The notes beneath the pieces were generated by a model. It saw only the letters and a program-made list of their open reading frames with translations, had not been told where the DNA came from and ran no database searches. 64,000 nt of DNA from Phoronis australis (lineage: Eukaryota; Animalia; Phoronida). Made by a program: the position numbers and the translations under genes. The stretch spans positions 1 through 64,000 of the forward strand of contig NMRA01000484.1 of assembly GCA_002633005.1 (NCBI GenBank), read 5' to 3'. This document shows, piece by piece, positions 15,201-25,730 of the stretch; the stretch's first letter is position 1, and every line of letters begins with the position of its first letter.

Positions 15201-18200
15201 ATGATTTTTAATTTTTCAATATCTAACTTCAGGGGTAAAGAAACCATTTGCAGAACCATTTCCAACAGATCCAAAAATATGGTACACCCTAGTATATGCT
15301 TTTGAAGATTGACATAAAACTGGTGAAGTGAAAAGGCAAACTTCAAAGTGTTATATTTATTGCTTCTATGTGTCGTATTATGAGGAAACGACCAGCATCT
15401 GTGAATTAATATCGAGCAATATTTTGGCGAGTAAGTCAAGGCACTTTCAATGGCAGAGATATACAGTTTTCACAATTAAGTCCTTGCATACTTGTGAAAA
15501 TGGCACAGATTGTGAAAGGTTCCTTACTCGGACGACTATTATGGTATATTGTGAACACTCTCACAAACACTTGCCTTTATGTTATCACACTGCCTGTATA
15601 TCACCTGTGTATCACTAGTGTATCACCTGTGTATCACTAGTGTTCCATGCACTCAACCAGCAAAGACACTTTTCAGACAAAACTTGATAGGGACAGTAAT
15701 GCTCACCAGAAGAATCGGTGTCCTCATGTGTAACAGGTGGTGGGGCTTCCGTTGTCTTGGTGATTCTTTTCGGCCCGAGCTCCTTTGCGATGACTTGTTG
15801 ACCCACCCTCCATGACCTCACAGTGATGACCTCTGAAATGAAAACTAGAAATTAGTAATATGGAACCACCGAATGCACAAACAAAAGGAGCAAAACAGTC
15901 ACAGCAAAGGTCATGAATGTTTGTCCAATCAGTTGGCAACGAAACTGGTCGTTGACCAGTCTTCTAGTCGACTCCGACCAAACAAGTAGCCATCTACAAA
16001 GAGTCACTACTTCAGTTTCCAAAGTAGCCTTCTATTGAGTCAGAAATCCAAAACAAGTACCACATCTTCATCACAGTCTAGCGGGTATTTTGTAAAGTCT
16101 TGTGCATTCAGTAAAGCACCGTATTACTATAACTACTGTCAAATTCATACAACGGATGTGACAAAAAAGACATTATCTGAGAAGACTCAAGATCCTCGAC
16201 TGAAGTTCTCACTGCACTCGGTTGTGAGGCCTGCTAAAAACACGGCTATTTTTCAGACCAGTCGGTAACCAATTGCTGGCTCATTTCCAGCCAATCAAAC
16301 AAAAGCTATATATGTACTACAGATGGGACATGTTAAGATGGAATGCTCATTTAAATCTGTCAAGTGCGTATATTAGAAACGCGGCCAGGATTACAGCTAT
16401 TTTAACAAATAGCAACTTAGCCAAATAAGACATAGTATAAATTGATTTAAATCTTCTTGTGGAAAAGGATGACAAAATTTCCAAATGAGTTTTCAAGGCT
16501 AAAATTTTCGTAACTTTCCTTTTGGTTGAGAAACTTGACAAAATAAAATTTTCTTTTAACCACCTCGTTGTGTATTAAATTCGTGAACCACAACCGTAAC
16601 TAACCCATCCATTTAACTCACCCTTCTTGTGAACCTTTCCCGTAACTCTGGTGGCACCTTTCTTTGGAGACGACAAAGATTTTTGGGGCTTCGTCTCAAC
16701 TTTCTCTTCAGAAGGTGTCAGTTTAGCAGACTTTTTTCCTGACAACCTGTTTTTCAACCTCTCCTTTTCCCTTTTTCTCTGAGCACGCTCATTTCGTACT
16801 TGTGACATATAGTGGACTTTTCCATCCGGCGTGCGTATTTTAGTCTCAACTTGGCTGAAGCCTGTTGAAGAGGAAGACAAAGGATCAGGGGACACAACTC
16901 CAGGAGTCTGTTTCATGAAAAGTCATTTAAGACTTAAGACAGCAATTTGTTCTTACTCCCCCACTTCACAATTACTGAATAAAAGTTTTGCTAAGCAATT
17001 ATGAGCTCATTGCAGTCTAGGAACAATTCATAGAAATTATTTAAATGACTACAAGTTATATGTGAAAATTCTCAGAAACTTTAAATTTTTGTTCGAGCGA
17101 GACTGAACTTTTTTTCAGAAATAGTTGTTTGAAGCGCAAGATTAAACTTCCGATTTAAGTCATCAGTCACTTTTCACGAAACCCGACTCCAAAGAAATGC
17201 ACACTCGACTTTGGCAACAGTCACTCTCAACAGGAAAGCATCTTTAGCCACAGACAACAATACACGAGTTAAATTGAGGAGTCAACATGGCAATTGGCAA
17301 GTCAACAACATTAATAGACTAAACAAAGCAGAGCCAAGGGCTGAAGGAAACAGAAACACACAGATGAGATGGTATATCAAAATCACTTTATTGTTGAAAT
17401 GGCAACTGAAGGTCACTTTAAGTTGAGAAACACCAATTGAGAGGATGTGCTAAGCTGATGTTGAGCATGTCAGACAACTTTAATACTGAGAAGTCGTGAG
17501 ACACCCTGCTCAAGTTGAGAACGTCCCCTCACTGTAATACTGAGTTAATTTGGTGCACACTAGTGTAGTGTTCCTCACAGACACTGTGAAATACTGAAAC
17601 ATATCTAAAAGGGGATACAGTAGATACCTGTTAGTGACCCGTTTATTATGGAAACCTAGTGGCTGTTACTTGCAAGGAGGCACTAGTAAATAGCTTGTAA
17701 TTCATATCCACTGCCTCTGTTCAATTTTGGTTCATTGCTCATGATTTCGACTTCTTCTCTGACTTTACGATTGCACTATTTATTCTCTCTAGAGAGTATT
17801 CTGACTGTAGGTTTGCAAATGTGCAATGTGTCCATACCGTGTTTTACTATGGCTGTAAGGTTGCCAGATGACAACCAGGACAACCACCAAGGACCACCCA
17901 CTGGTGACCATGTGACACAAAGGTTCCAGCCAGTACCCAGATGAAGGGCCCAGGAAGAGCTCGAAAGCTAGATCCGCAACACAAACAGGTTGTCGACATG
18001 TAACTACTCTATCCCTAATACAATGTAATGGTGCCACCTATGAACATTCATTCTGTTGAAATATTTTGGTAATATTGAGATTGCAAACACCTTTCATTAC
18101 GCAAAGACTGTGTGATGTACTATACCTTTGTAATGTTGAGGGGGTGGGGCAGAGGCCACCTTTCTTGGGACAGGTTCATCTGGCTTATCAGACAGGTGCA

Positions 18201-21200
18201 ACCCATACGTTCTGCTTGACACAACGTCGTTGTCTTGGTGAAGTGCCCGCTGACCCAAGTCAGTTGTCATGACGGCATCCTTGTGATTGGCAGAGCTATC
18301 CTCGCTGCTGACAAGGCTGTTGTCCCCTGACCGCAGTCGTTGCTCTTTGATTCGTTCTCTCAGTTTCGACAGTGCTTCTGGATGTAAATTTAATGGACAC
18401 TGACAGACGTCACCAAGTTGACATAACCAGCACATACTCGAACATTTTTTACATTTTTTACTTTTCTTCACAATAAATATGAAATGACAAAAAAAGATTC
18501 CCAAAAAAATTACAGGGACATATAAATGATCACCAGATTCCCTCTAATCAAAAGAGGAAAATATATATTCTGTTCAACAGAATAAAAATTACCAGGTCAT
18601 CGATTGCCCAGAAGACTGGCCGTACAAGTTAAAGTTACAGTGGACTTACATTGACTAGTACAATATTTCATGTCAAAGTCGCAAAGTGCATGTAAAAATT
18701 CTCGAACCAGTTGTTATTGTGTCAAAGCTTGTGTAGTGCCCTCATGAATCATAGGCATGAATGGGGAAATTTTGAAGAATCTGAGATTTCATGTGTTATG
18801 GACATACCTGAATCCTTGTCAAGGTGCTTTAACCGACTCTGTATTTTTCTGGTTCTTCGACTTTGTAGTCCTTCACGGTAACTTCCTGTTGAGTTTCCAC
18901 TCGAGACATAGGTGGCATTGTGATCACCCTCTTTATTGTATGGGTTGCCAGGAAGGCCACTTATAGCCGACACCCGACTGACAACAGGGGGCACTTTAAC
19001 ATCCACATGATGGAGGCGTGGGGCGACACCTTTAGCACCCATGTCCGGTGTTGATGTGACCATGTCATCATTCAAGAACCTGATGTCAGTCTGCCTAAGA
19101 GCTCTTGAGTCTGTCAAATCAACCGTATGGGAACTGTAGCCTTGACTTGCCTGTACAGGATTCAAGGAATAGGTTGACGAATAATTCCCCCTGCTCGGCT
19201 CCTGGATGGCATTACACAAGTCACGGTGTTCTGTCCTGTCTAACATAAGCCTATCACCCCGTCCGTAACTACCTTCATCCTTATATCTAGGTTCACGCAC
19301 GAAATTATCGTGGTCAAGGACGTCGGCTCTGGATTCATGGAGTGCCACGGGGTCGCCGTATTCCTTGTACTCGGGGTAATCTTTGAATCCGACTCGGCGC
19401 GGACTACGGTTTCGATATTCCTGAATGTTGGACTCTCTCAAAGGAGACCTCGGTGTTCGACTGCCAACTGAAATAGCAAGTGAAGAGTAGATTACAACTT
19501 CCGTCATGCAGATGATTGTACAAAATGTACAAAGCGTATGGACCAGGAATTTTCCAAGCAAAGTTGTCAATTTGACAGACTGGTTCAGACTATACTAAGC
19601 CTTAGATCATATCAACACAATACTACAGAAGAGAAACGTCCACATGAAATAACCACTAACCAGTTAAGGGACCGTTCACAACAATCACCAGTTTCACACT
19701 CAGGCATCCAAACCGTAAGTTATTCCCTATGCAAAAATGGCAATATTTTGATAAGGTATGTCTTAAACTGCAAGTGCACTTCAAATTTAAATGCCAGTGT
19801 TGGTTTGTACAGTGATGTGGTTCAAACATCAACCAACTTTATCTTCAAACAACTGATTGTCGTGTAACCATGTATGTCCCATGTTGGATGGCACACATTA
19901 AAGTGTAGTAATTTTCTAGTTTTCCATTTATTGTTTCAATCGTTTCACTCATGCATGGATAAAGCCAATTGCTGATTCATCACGGAAGGTATCTCATCGA
20001 GTAATTCTGCCCTTGACCTTGAACTGACTCACATGACCTGTTTACAGAAGTTGTAAGGAGTCAGCCTTTTGGAAAGATTTTTGTGTTCTGATCACCAATT
20101 TGTAGCTAATTCGTTGTGAATCCTATCATGGTTTGTTGAATCCGTTTTAAGTTCATTTATTGAGATTTGTGTTTGATATCGATGGCTGAAGTGAAGCAAC
20201 CGTGGTATTCCCAGTTTGTGGGCCAAGTACCGGCCTTGTTCACCGCCGAAGCCGAAGGTCTTGAAAATATTTGCAGGCAACCATACATGGCATGTCTTGT
20301 GAAATTTACGCTGTATCATTCTCGCGTATCAATACCCCATTCGGCCCATGCCTCAGTGAAGATTTGACAGGAAATTTTCCACAAAAATTCTCGTAAGATA
20401 TCAATATGTACTGTCTCGTAAATGGAAACACTGTCTCTCCCCAAAGGCAAATGTTATACACCCTTGTACAAATGGCCAGCATAATTGTGAACTGTCCCTA
20501 ATACCATGACCAAGCTTATTGTGATTTGGAAGGGAAATCTTAATACTTCATTACTTAGTTTAGGGAGCAAGTGACCATTTCAACTTTAAAACTATTCCAT
20601 GGAACAACTTTGAAGAGTAATTCAGTTCCACTCAACTTGAATTTCCCATAGTCAGAGTATGCAAGCACAGAAAGACACTTTGTGACTTTTTCCTGTTTTA
20701 CTGCATTAATAGAGAGTCACTTACCATTGATGTCAACATATTTTCCTCATATAGTGCCCTGAAGACGTGTTCTGATGAATAGTTTAGGTAGCCATTGACC
20801 ATGTCGACTTATTTTCCTGTTATACTGGCCTGGCGAATACATTAACTTAGGAAGCTACATACCATGTCCACTTAATATTTTTCTGTTGTACAGGCCTGAC
20901 GAGTAGGTTATTTAAGGAAGCCACTTACCACGTCGACTTATTTTTCTGTTGTACTGGCCTGAAGAGTGCTTCTTGTCGCCTGGTCCATCATGCTGCAACA
21001 GACAATTGATTACATAGGATTTGTTTGTTAGTGGTGAATTGTTAAAGCTTTTAATTAATAACCCCTTCTTTTGTCATAGAAAAAATTAAATAATTATTGG
21101 TCTCACCTTGTTCTATACTCCAATGAGAAGCAATTTCTAGACTCGGGAAGATGCAGCAGTTTTTCATTAAGTGACAGCGAGTTTAACACACAAAATAACC

Positions 21201-24200
21201 AATAATGTCAAACTTATTTTCAAGAAATAACGGCAACCTGCCAGTTCTTGATAAGCACAGAATTCCCCACTAATTTGAGTAAGGACCAATGCAAGACCAC
21301 TTCTGTTATTGTATGTGATCCAAATCAGTAGATACTTTTATGGCAAGAGGCAGCTTTATAACAGCTCTGAGACACTTAGAGAATGTCACTGCTGTTGTGA
21401 CAATAGAGTAACACGCAGAGTGACAGGGCAATTCACGAACCAGTTTTCCTGCTATCACTTGAAAACGTTAATCTGTTGGGAATGCTATTCTTCGCTAGTT
21501 TCATAGGTTTTTATTAATTCATTGACTTATTTATTAATCAACTTACTTACACATTTCAAAATTAGACAGTAAATAGGAAAGAAAATACAGCTTACACCGA
21601 AGAAATCCCGAAATACTGCACTGCCTTCTCTGTTTCAGTGTCATTTATCCACGAGGATGACACAAGTCTGGGCATTCAACCCACAGTTGTGTACCCCTAC
21701 TAATACTCATGATTCACCATGATTGCACAATGAGTTTTAATGCAGACACCCAAAAATAATTACTAAGTCTGGTGAGGCGTGATGTATCTAATGCCTAGCG
21801 AGCAACCCTTCAAAAACTAGAAAACCATGGCATGCGTTGTTCTATCTACAAGTGAGAGGTGAGTGAGATTCACTGCCACGATTTCATTTCATTTTGTATA
21901 ATTAGAATTGTACGAACCGCAAAGCCAGAGTATATTTTTGGAGAAGAATAAAAGGACAATTTCCTGGCTAATATGAATACCTCGCAACATTGACATATTG
22001 ACATCAAAATATCGATCACGTGTAACAAAAACGATTCAAATTAAAGGAACAGAGCAAGTGTGAGAAAAAATTAGCAAGTTCCAATTTCTCAAACTTTGAA
22101 GCTTTAATTGAATGAGCTTTTGTTTAGCACATCAAACTTTCATAATTGACCAAATACTGAAAAAACATTGTCTAATTGCCAATCTTGACATTGATCGCTG
22201 CTACGTTCACGCCACCTTTTGGCAATACAAAAAAGTTACCAGATCATCGCCCACTTTGTATCTAGGTAGTCGATCAACGAGAACCATATTGTCTCGCAAC
22301 GGTGACCTCTCTTTGTCCAGTGGCACAAGGGGACGCAACGAGTCCTCGATTCTGTGCTCTGTACGTCTCATCTGAATCATATAACATGACATGATATATA
22401 TTTTGTAGAGACAACAGATGGCGCAATTATCTTGCAACAGATGCAGAGTTGATAGGACAAACATCCTTGAGATGCTCATAATTGTTTATAAAGCTCTACA
22501 CAATCGCACCTGCAAATATTAGTTATTGTAACATTACGTGAAAACAGCCTTTCATACATGGCTATAATGTTTAGATTTGCAAAATAATATTAAATAATCA
22601 TGGATCATGTATTGGCTTTCTGTTTAAAGTGTTTAAAATCATCAATTTCATATAAAAAACAAACCAATAAGGTGTCAGATTAGAACACCTACAATTATTG
22701 GATGATTTGTGAACTAGCTGGCCTCAAGTTGCCAGAGTATCTATTGGAGGATACATACTATATAGAATCAGCAGGGCTTGGAATGACCAATGACAAAAAC
22801 GCGGAAACTTTTACGGCCTAAACATTCGCGCTACCCAGCCTTGAAATAGCCGATGTGAACCTTTCGCCGACAAAAATCGGGAGGACTAAAAAAAAACGTT
22901 ACCACCATCAGTTGCATGCGTCTGCGTCTTTTTAACTCGACCGTCCACTCCCACCCCCACATTTTTGGCTGCAGAGCCGTAGTATTTGTCACCGCGGTTT
23001 ACAATCACACGAGACGCCATTGAAAATCCTACCACGCTATTCCAGGTGCCCCGGCAATGTTGACAATTTACGTTCCTCCGAAACATAAAGAGCAAATTCC
23101 ACTTTTCGAGGTGAAAGTCGTCGGCAACGCCGCGGTAAGAAAGTAATTTGCCGTGGAAATTTTACATCAAATTCGATTTTTTTTACGAGGAAATATTATA
23201 AAAAAAGCGGAAAGCACATTTGAAAAAGCGGAAATCCGCGTTTCCGCGGAAAATTCCAAGCCCTGTGGATGATACATGCTATATAGAATCAGGACAACCA
23301 ATCACTGCAAGAATCCCCCGTTGAATCCCCCATGAAAAGTTGTCATGATAATGCAGCTTGTTTTACCCATGGTTTGCAAAATAATAAAGAACGACGAAGC
23401 ACTACATTTGCAGTGGTTATGAAAGCTCAGTATTTGACTATGATGCCGCTTTTCACATTCCTGCAGGACACCAGGGAAGCGTGAAAATGGTACAAGTTTG
23501 TAAAAGAAACTTGCGTGTTGGTAGACACGACGCAGTGGGATTGGGTACGTTCATACATCACACTCATGATCATGGATTTAAGAAACTATCAATTAAAGTC
23601 GTTTTGTCTCTTTTCTCCTTTTGAGATAGTGAATTCATGATTGTGATACATTGTGCAATAAAGGAAGGTGTAATGATGCTAATAATGTAGTCACATGTCA
23701 TCGGAAGGTAAATAGTGCTGTTATGTACTTCAAACATATTTTCCTTCCAAAGATATGTTTCTATGTAGATTAATCACCATGCCAAATTTGCAACTCAAAA
23801 TGACCAGAGGGTAGTTTTAATGCAAACATGTAACAAGGCTGGAATTATTAGTTGTTTTAAGTTATTAGTACAGTGTATGTAGATCCAGTAATCACATGAC
23901 CAACTATCTAATTTTCTGGAATCCAACAACTCTATCAACACAAACCATTAAACATGCTGTAAAGGGACAGACACTATAAAGAGGTTACAAAGTTACCGCA
24001 ACTACAAGCGCATTTTTAACAATACTTACAGCAGTCTTCGTTTTACCAATGTTGTCCCATACATTTTCAAGGTCTGAAAAAAAACACTTCACTTAACATT
24101 TGTTGCAAAACTGAATACAAAAACAGAACCACAAGAAACAGCCATTACTTCGTATCCCAGTCAACAGATCAAAGAACTCTCCATACCTGATAATTTTTGT

Positions 24201-24277
24201 GAGTTCTGATCAGAGGGTAGAGGCATTGCCCGAATGATGGGTGTGGGCTCAGTGATGCGACGTCCACGGAACGCCAT
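52..24277 (-). CDS. CEP350: Centrosome-associated protein 350 (CEP350/CAP350) homolog, N-terminal ~1,270 aa; 21 coding exons, 3' end lies outside the window
   Basis: Exons traced by hand with GT-AG ends and matching phases (one exception, see findings). Spliced peptides match remembered CEP350 blocks: DLENVWDNIGKTKTAMRRTEHRIE, RKVASAPPPQHYKGFSQVETKIRTPDGK, SWRVGQQVIAKELGP, LSTELNRMEH..ERTRGIAFAQQESVSLAQVLK..QQHDRDMQLLQLKARQESLE, DESVSEDEITDQSFRMVLPSETHRR. Confidence 0.9.
724..1000 (-). CDS. CEP350: CEP350 coding exon 20 (Ser-rich)
   Basis: ttacag|...|gtgaga; phase 0 to 1. Confidence 0.82.
2420..2560 (-). CDS. CEP350: CEP350 coding exon 19 (Ala-rich)
   Basis: cttcag|...|gtactt; phase 0-0. 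Confidence 0.8.
3030..3281 (-). CDS. CEP350: CEP350 coding exon 18 (coiled coil, QQHDRDMQLLQLKARQESLE)
   Basis: atctag|...|gtgaag; phase 0-0. Confidence 0.9.
3567..3886. mobile_element. Foldback/MITE-like palindrome, 141-bp arms and 38-bp spacer, in a CEP350 intron
   Basis: 3567-3707 is the near-perfect reverse complement of 3746-3886 (only a few mismatches). Confidence 0.85.
4816..5025 (-). CDS. CEP350: CEP350 coding exon 17 (RLSPNALQLHLSTELNRMEH...QQESVSLAQVLK)
   Basis: tcacag|...|gttggt; phase 0-0; the most diagnostic CEP350 block. Confidence 0.92.
6344..6614 (-). CDS. CEP350: CEP350 coding exon 16 (Ser/Arg-rich)
   Basis: ctccccag|...|gtaggc; phase 2 to 0; overlaps ORF 6143-6595. Confidence 0.8.
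7032..7164 (-). CDS. CEP350: CEP350 coding exon 15 (KPRLPIQSSRSELRH...)
   Basis: gaacag|...|gtttgt; phase 1 to 2. Confidence 0.7.
7355..7423. repeat. Short tandem repeat, ~19-bp unit GATGGTAATGACCAGTTA(T/G) x3
   Basis: Read directly. Confidence 0.8.
7947..8072 (-). CDS. CEP350: CEP350 coding exon 14 (RKAAEEYLARKEE...YEDDF)
   Basis: tgtcag|...|gtgagt; phase 1-1. Confidence 0.8.
8715..8880 (-). CDS. CEP350: CEP350 coding exon 13 (...GDPHSVINIYLRRQKAER)
   Basis: ctttag|...|gttggc; phase 0 to 1. Confidence 0.75.
9659..9730 (-). CDS. CEP350: CEP350 coding exon 12 (DSETDESLLDSTLTD...)
   Basis: ttgcag|...|gtttgt; 72 nt, phase 0-0. Confidence 0.7.
11093..11226. repeat. Minisatellite, 18-bp unit TGTCACAGAATGTCACCA x7
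   Basis: Perfect tandem units; source of the spurious VTFCDM/TECHHV/SPCHRM ORFs. Confidence 0.95.
12447..12582. repeat. Degenerate ~30-bp tandem repeat (cc(a/c)atatttgg..acatgtgacc..taaatg) x4-5
   Basis: Periodic CCAGATTTGG/CCATATTTGG cores. Confidence 0.65.
12611..12721 (-). CDS. CEP350: CEP350 coding exon 11 (GHGDRPEVVPRRLSPVDKEAEERRRYL...)
   Basis: ttgtag|...|gtaatt; open only in phase 0; GC-richer than flanks. Confidence 0.65.
13634..13735 (-). CDS. CEP350: CEP350 coding exon 10 (SDSEDDKKP...RRAPKA)
   Basis: ctgcag|...|gtattt; phase 1-1. Confidence 0.75.
13835..14025. repeat. Minisatellite, 37-bp unit TTAGTGAATATTGAAATGGAGTCCCAGTACAAGAATC x5
   Basis: Read directly; no unique spacers. 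Confidence 0.93.
14083..14200 (+). mobile_element. Degenerate tRNA-derived SINE head
   Basis: A-box-like TGGCCTAGTGG and B-box-like GGTACGAGTCCC at tRNA spacing; no intact cloverleaf. Confidence 0.55.
14436..14597 (-). CDS. CEP350: CEP350 coding exon 9 (...VLSEEARNVLADLKS)
   Basis: cctgtag|...|gtgagg; phase 1-1. Confidence 0.8.
15707..15832 (-). CDS. CEP350: CEP350 coding exon 8 (VITVRSWRVGQQVIAKELGP...)
   Basis: tttcag|...|gtgagc; phase 1-1. Confidence 0.85.
16622..16861 (-). CDS. CEP350: CEP350 coding exon 7 (GFSQVETKIRTPDGK...)
   Basis: caacag|...|gtgagt; phase 1-1; conserved motif. Confidence 0.88.
18126..18377 (-). CDS. CEP350: CEP350 coding exon 6 (ALSKLRERIKEQ...RKVASAPPPQHYK)
   Basis: atccag|...|gtatag; phase 1-1; conserved motif. 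Confidence 0.85.
18808..19467 (-). CDS. CEP350: CEP350 coding exon 5 (660 nt)
   Basis: Inside ORF 18749-19570; tttcag|...|gtatgt; phase 1-1. Confidence 0.85.
20718..20967 (-). repeat. Four diverged ~65-bp tandem copies of the 3' half of exon 4 plus its splice donor
   Basis: Recurrent (+) ac|catgtcgacttatttttctgttgtactggc|ctg units at 20725, 20800, 20863 and 20929. Confidence 0.8.
20929..20992 (-). CDS. CEP350: CEP350 coding exon 4 (HDGPGDKKHSSGQYNRKISRR)
   Basis: ttgcag|...|gtaagt; 64 nt, phase 0 to 1, fits both neighbours. Confidence 0.7.
22240..22371 (-). CDS. CEP350: CEP350 coding exon 3 (MRRTEHRIEDSLRP...GDDL)
   Basis: attcag|...|gtaac; 132 nt, phase 0-0. Confidence 0.8.
22772..23265. 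mobile_element. 494-bp MITE with hAT-like TIRs (CAGGGCTTGGAAT...ATTCCAAGCCCTG)
   Basis: 13-bp perfect TIR; subterminal GCGGAAA repeats; flanked by 27-bp direct repeats. Confidence 0.85.
24030..24073 (-). CDS. CEP350: CEP350 coding exon 2 (DLENVWDNIGKTKTA)
   Basis: tttcag|...|gtaagt; phase 1 to 0; resembles the conserved CEP350 N-terminal motif. Confidence 0.8.
24187..24277 (-). CDS. CEP350: CEP350 coding exon 1 (MAFRGRRITEPTPII...KLS)
   Basis: ATG at 24277 with an in-frame TGA shortly upstream; acceptor tttgcag at 24296; donor G|gtatgg, phase 1. Confidence 0.75.
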
Positions 24278-24674
24278 AATCTTGCTTCAGTTCACCTGCA
24301 AAATACAAACAAAACAATGAACAAAACAACTACAACAGTATGCCAGATGCTTTTCAGAAAATTACGCTTCACAATTGCGTCATAGTTTTCAAACAAAATC
24401 GAAATAATTTTAGATTATTCAGTTTATTAAACAAATTTTTAAATCCCAGTTATAATTTTTAAGTCTGAAAACGCGAGACAAAATTAATGTACATTAAAAT
24501 TGTACATCTATCAATCACGCCCATTAAAACACAATTTTTCAGCTAACTATAAAAGTACTTAGAATAGTTGTAAATGTTTTTGCTTTGCAGAAAGCAACTG
24601 TTAATAATAACTGCACTTTGTCAAATCTTGCACTTAAAGAATCTAGATAAAACATGGCTAACTTACTGCGTCTG

Positions 24675-25395
24675 ATTGTCTGTCACTCTTTAAGACAGTG
24701 ACCATCATCTCTAGTTGAACTACAGAGGGTGTAGCTCTTACAGAAGCCTCATACGCCAGAAGCTTTTTGGTGAATTATGCCAGGTTGAAATAAAATACCT
24801 TTTGCACAAAGAGGGATACCTTAAGAAGCTGTTGATGTATTTAACTCCTCCCAACTCGAACAAATATTCCCATTGTCAAAGTTTTTTTTTTCGAGCAGTC
24901 GTTTGTTCAATTCCAAAAATTGGAAACTAGTAATTTTTAACACTGCGCGCGGCAGGTGGTATGATTCATATGAAGTCATATCCCCCAGCGTGCTCAGAGA
25001 CTGCCAGTTACCAATTTCGAGAACTGAACGGAGTGCTGCTCAAAGAAAAAGCTTGATAATGGGAGTATCTGTTGAAGTTGGAAGGAATTAAAGACATCGA
25101 CAGCTTCCTAAGCCTAAGTTGTCCCTCTATTGGAAAAGGTATTTATAACCACAGGTGTCCTCAGCTTCTGGTCGTCCCCAACACACTACATATAATACTA
25201 CAAGGTAGTATTATATGTAGTGTGTTGGGGACGATCAAAAGCTGAGGACGCCTGTGTTTATAACAACATGACTTTGATGTTTTAGTCAGCGTGAGGCATA
25301 GTTTGCCGAAAAGCTTCCAGCATATGAAGCTCCCATAGGAGCTACACCATCTGTAGTTCAACTATAGACGGTGACCACTGTCTATCACTCTGACT
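24675..25395. repeat. Diverged ~110-bp inverted repeat pair enclosing a perfect 30-bp-stem hairpin (25172-25234)
   Basis: 24675-24781 vs 25295-25395 reverse-complement similarity (TAGTTGAACTACAGA.GGTGTAGCTC core). Confidence 0.75.
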
Positions 25396-25592
25396 AGACT
25401 GTGTGACTATGAGTGAGTGAGTGAGGCCTGAGCCTGGAGGCCAGTGACAGTGTGCAGGAAAGCAATGGACGATTATGAATATGGTATTAATACTGCAAAG
25501 AAAAACAACATACTCGTTTAAAATAAAATAGCATAGCACTTTTTAGCATAAAGTTTTCGAGTGATTAAAATATTATGCAAATCGCACCTTAC

Positions 25593-25730
25593 TAGTTCAC
25601 CAACTGAGCAAAAACTACCCATCACTGTATATAAATGAAACGGAATCCAACTTGAGCGCCATTATTATTTCTGTTTTGAGAGTGCCACCTGGTGCCGAAT
25701 GTATGTTTGTGGCGACACCTAGCGGTTACG
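25593..25730 (-). promoter_or_regulatory. Probable non-coding first exon / core promoter of CEP350 with a YY1-like and two CTCF-like motifs
   Basis: Donor TAG|gtaagg at 25592; AATAATGGCG on minus near 25667-25676; GCACCAGGTGGCAC (25682-25695) and CCGCTAGGTGTCGC (25712-25725) on minus; locally more CpG. Confidence 0.5.
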
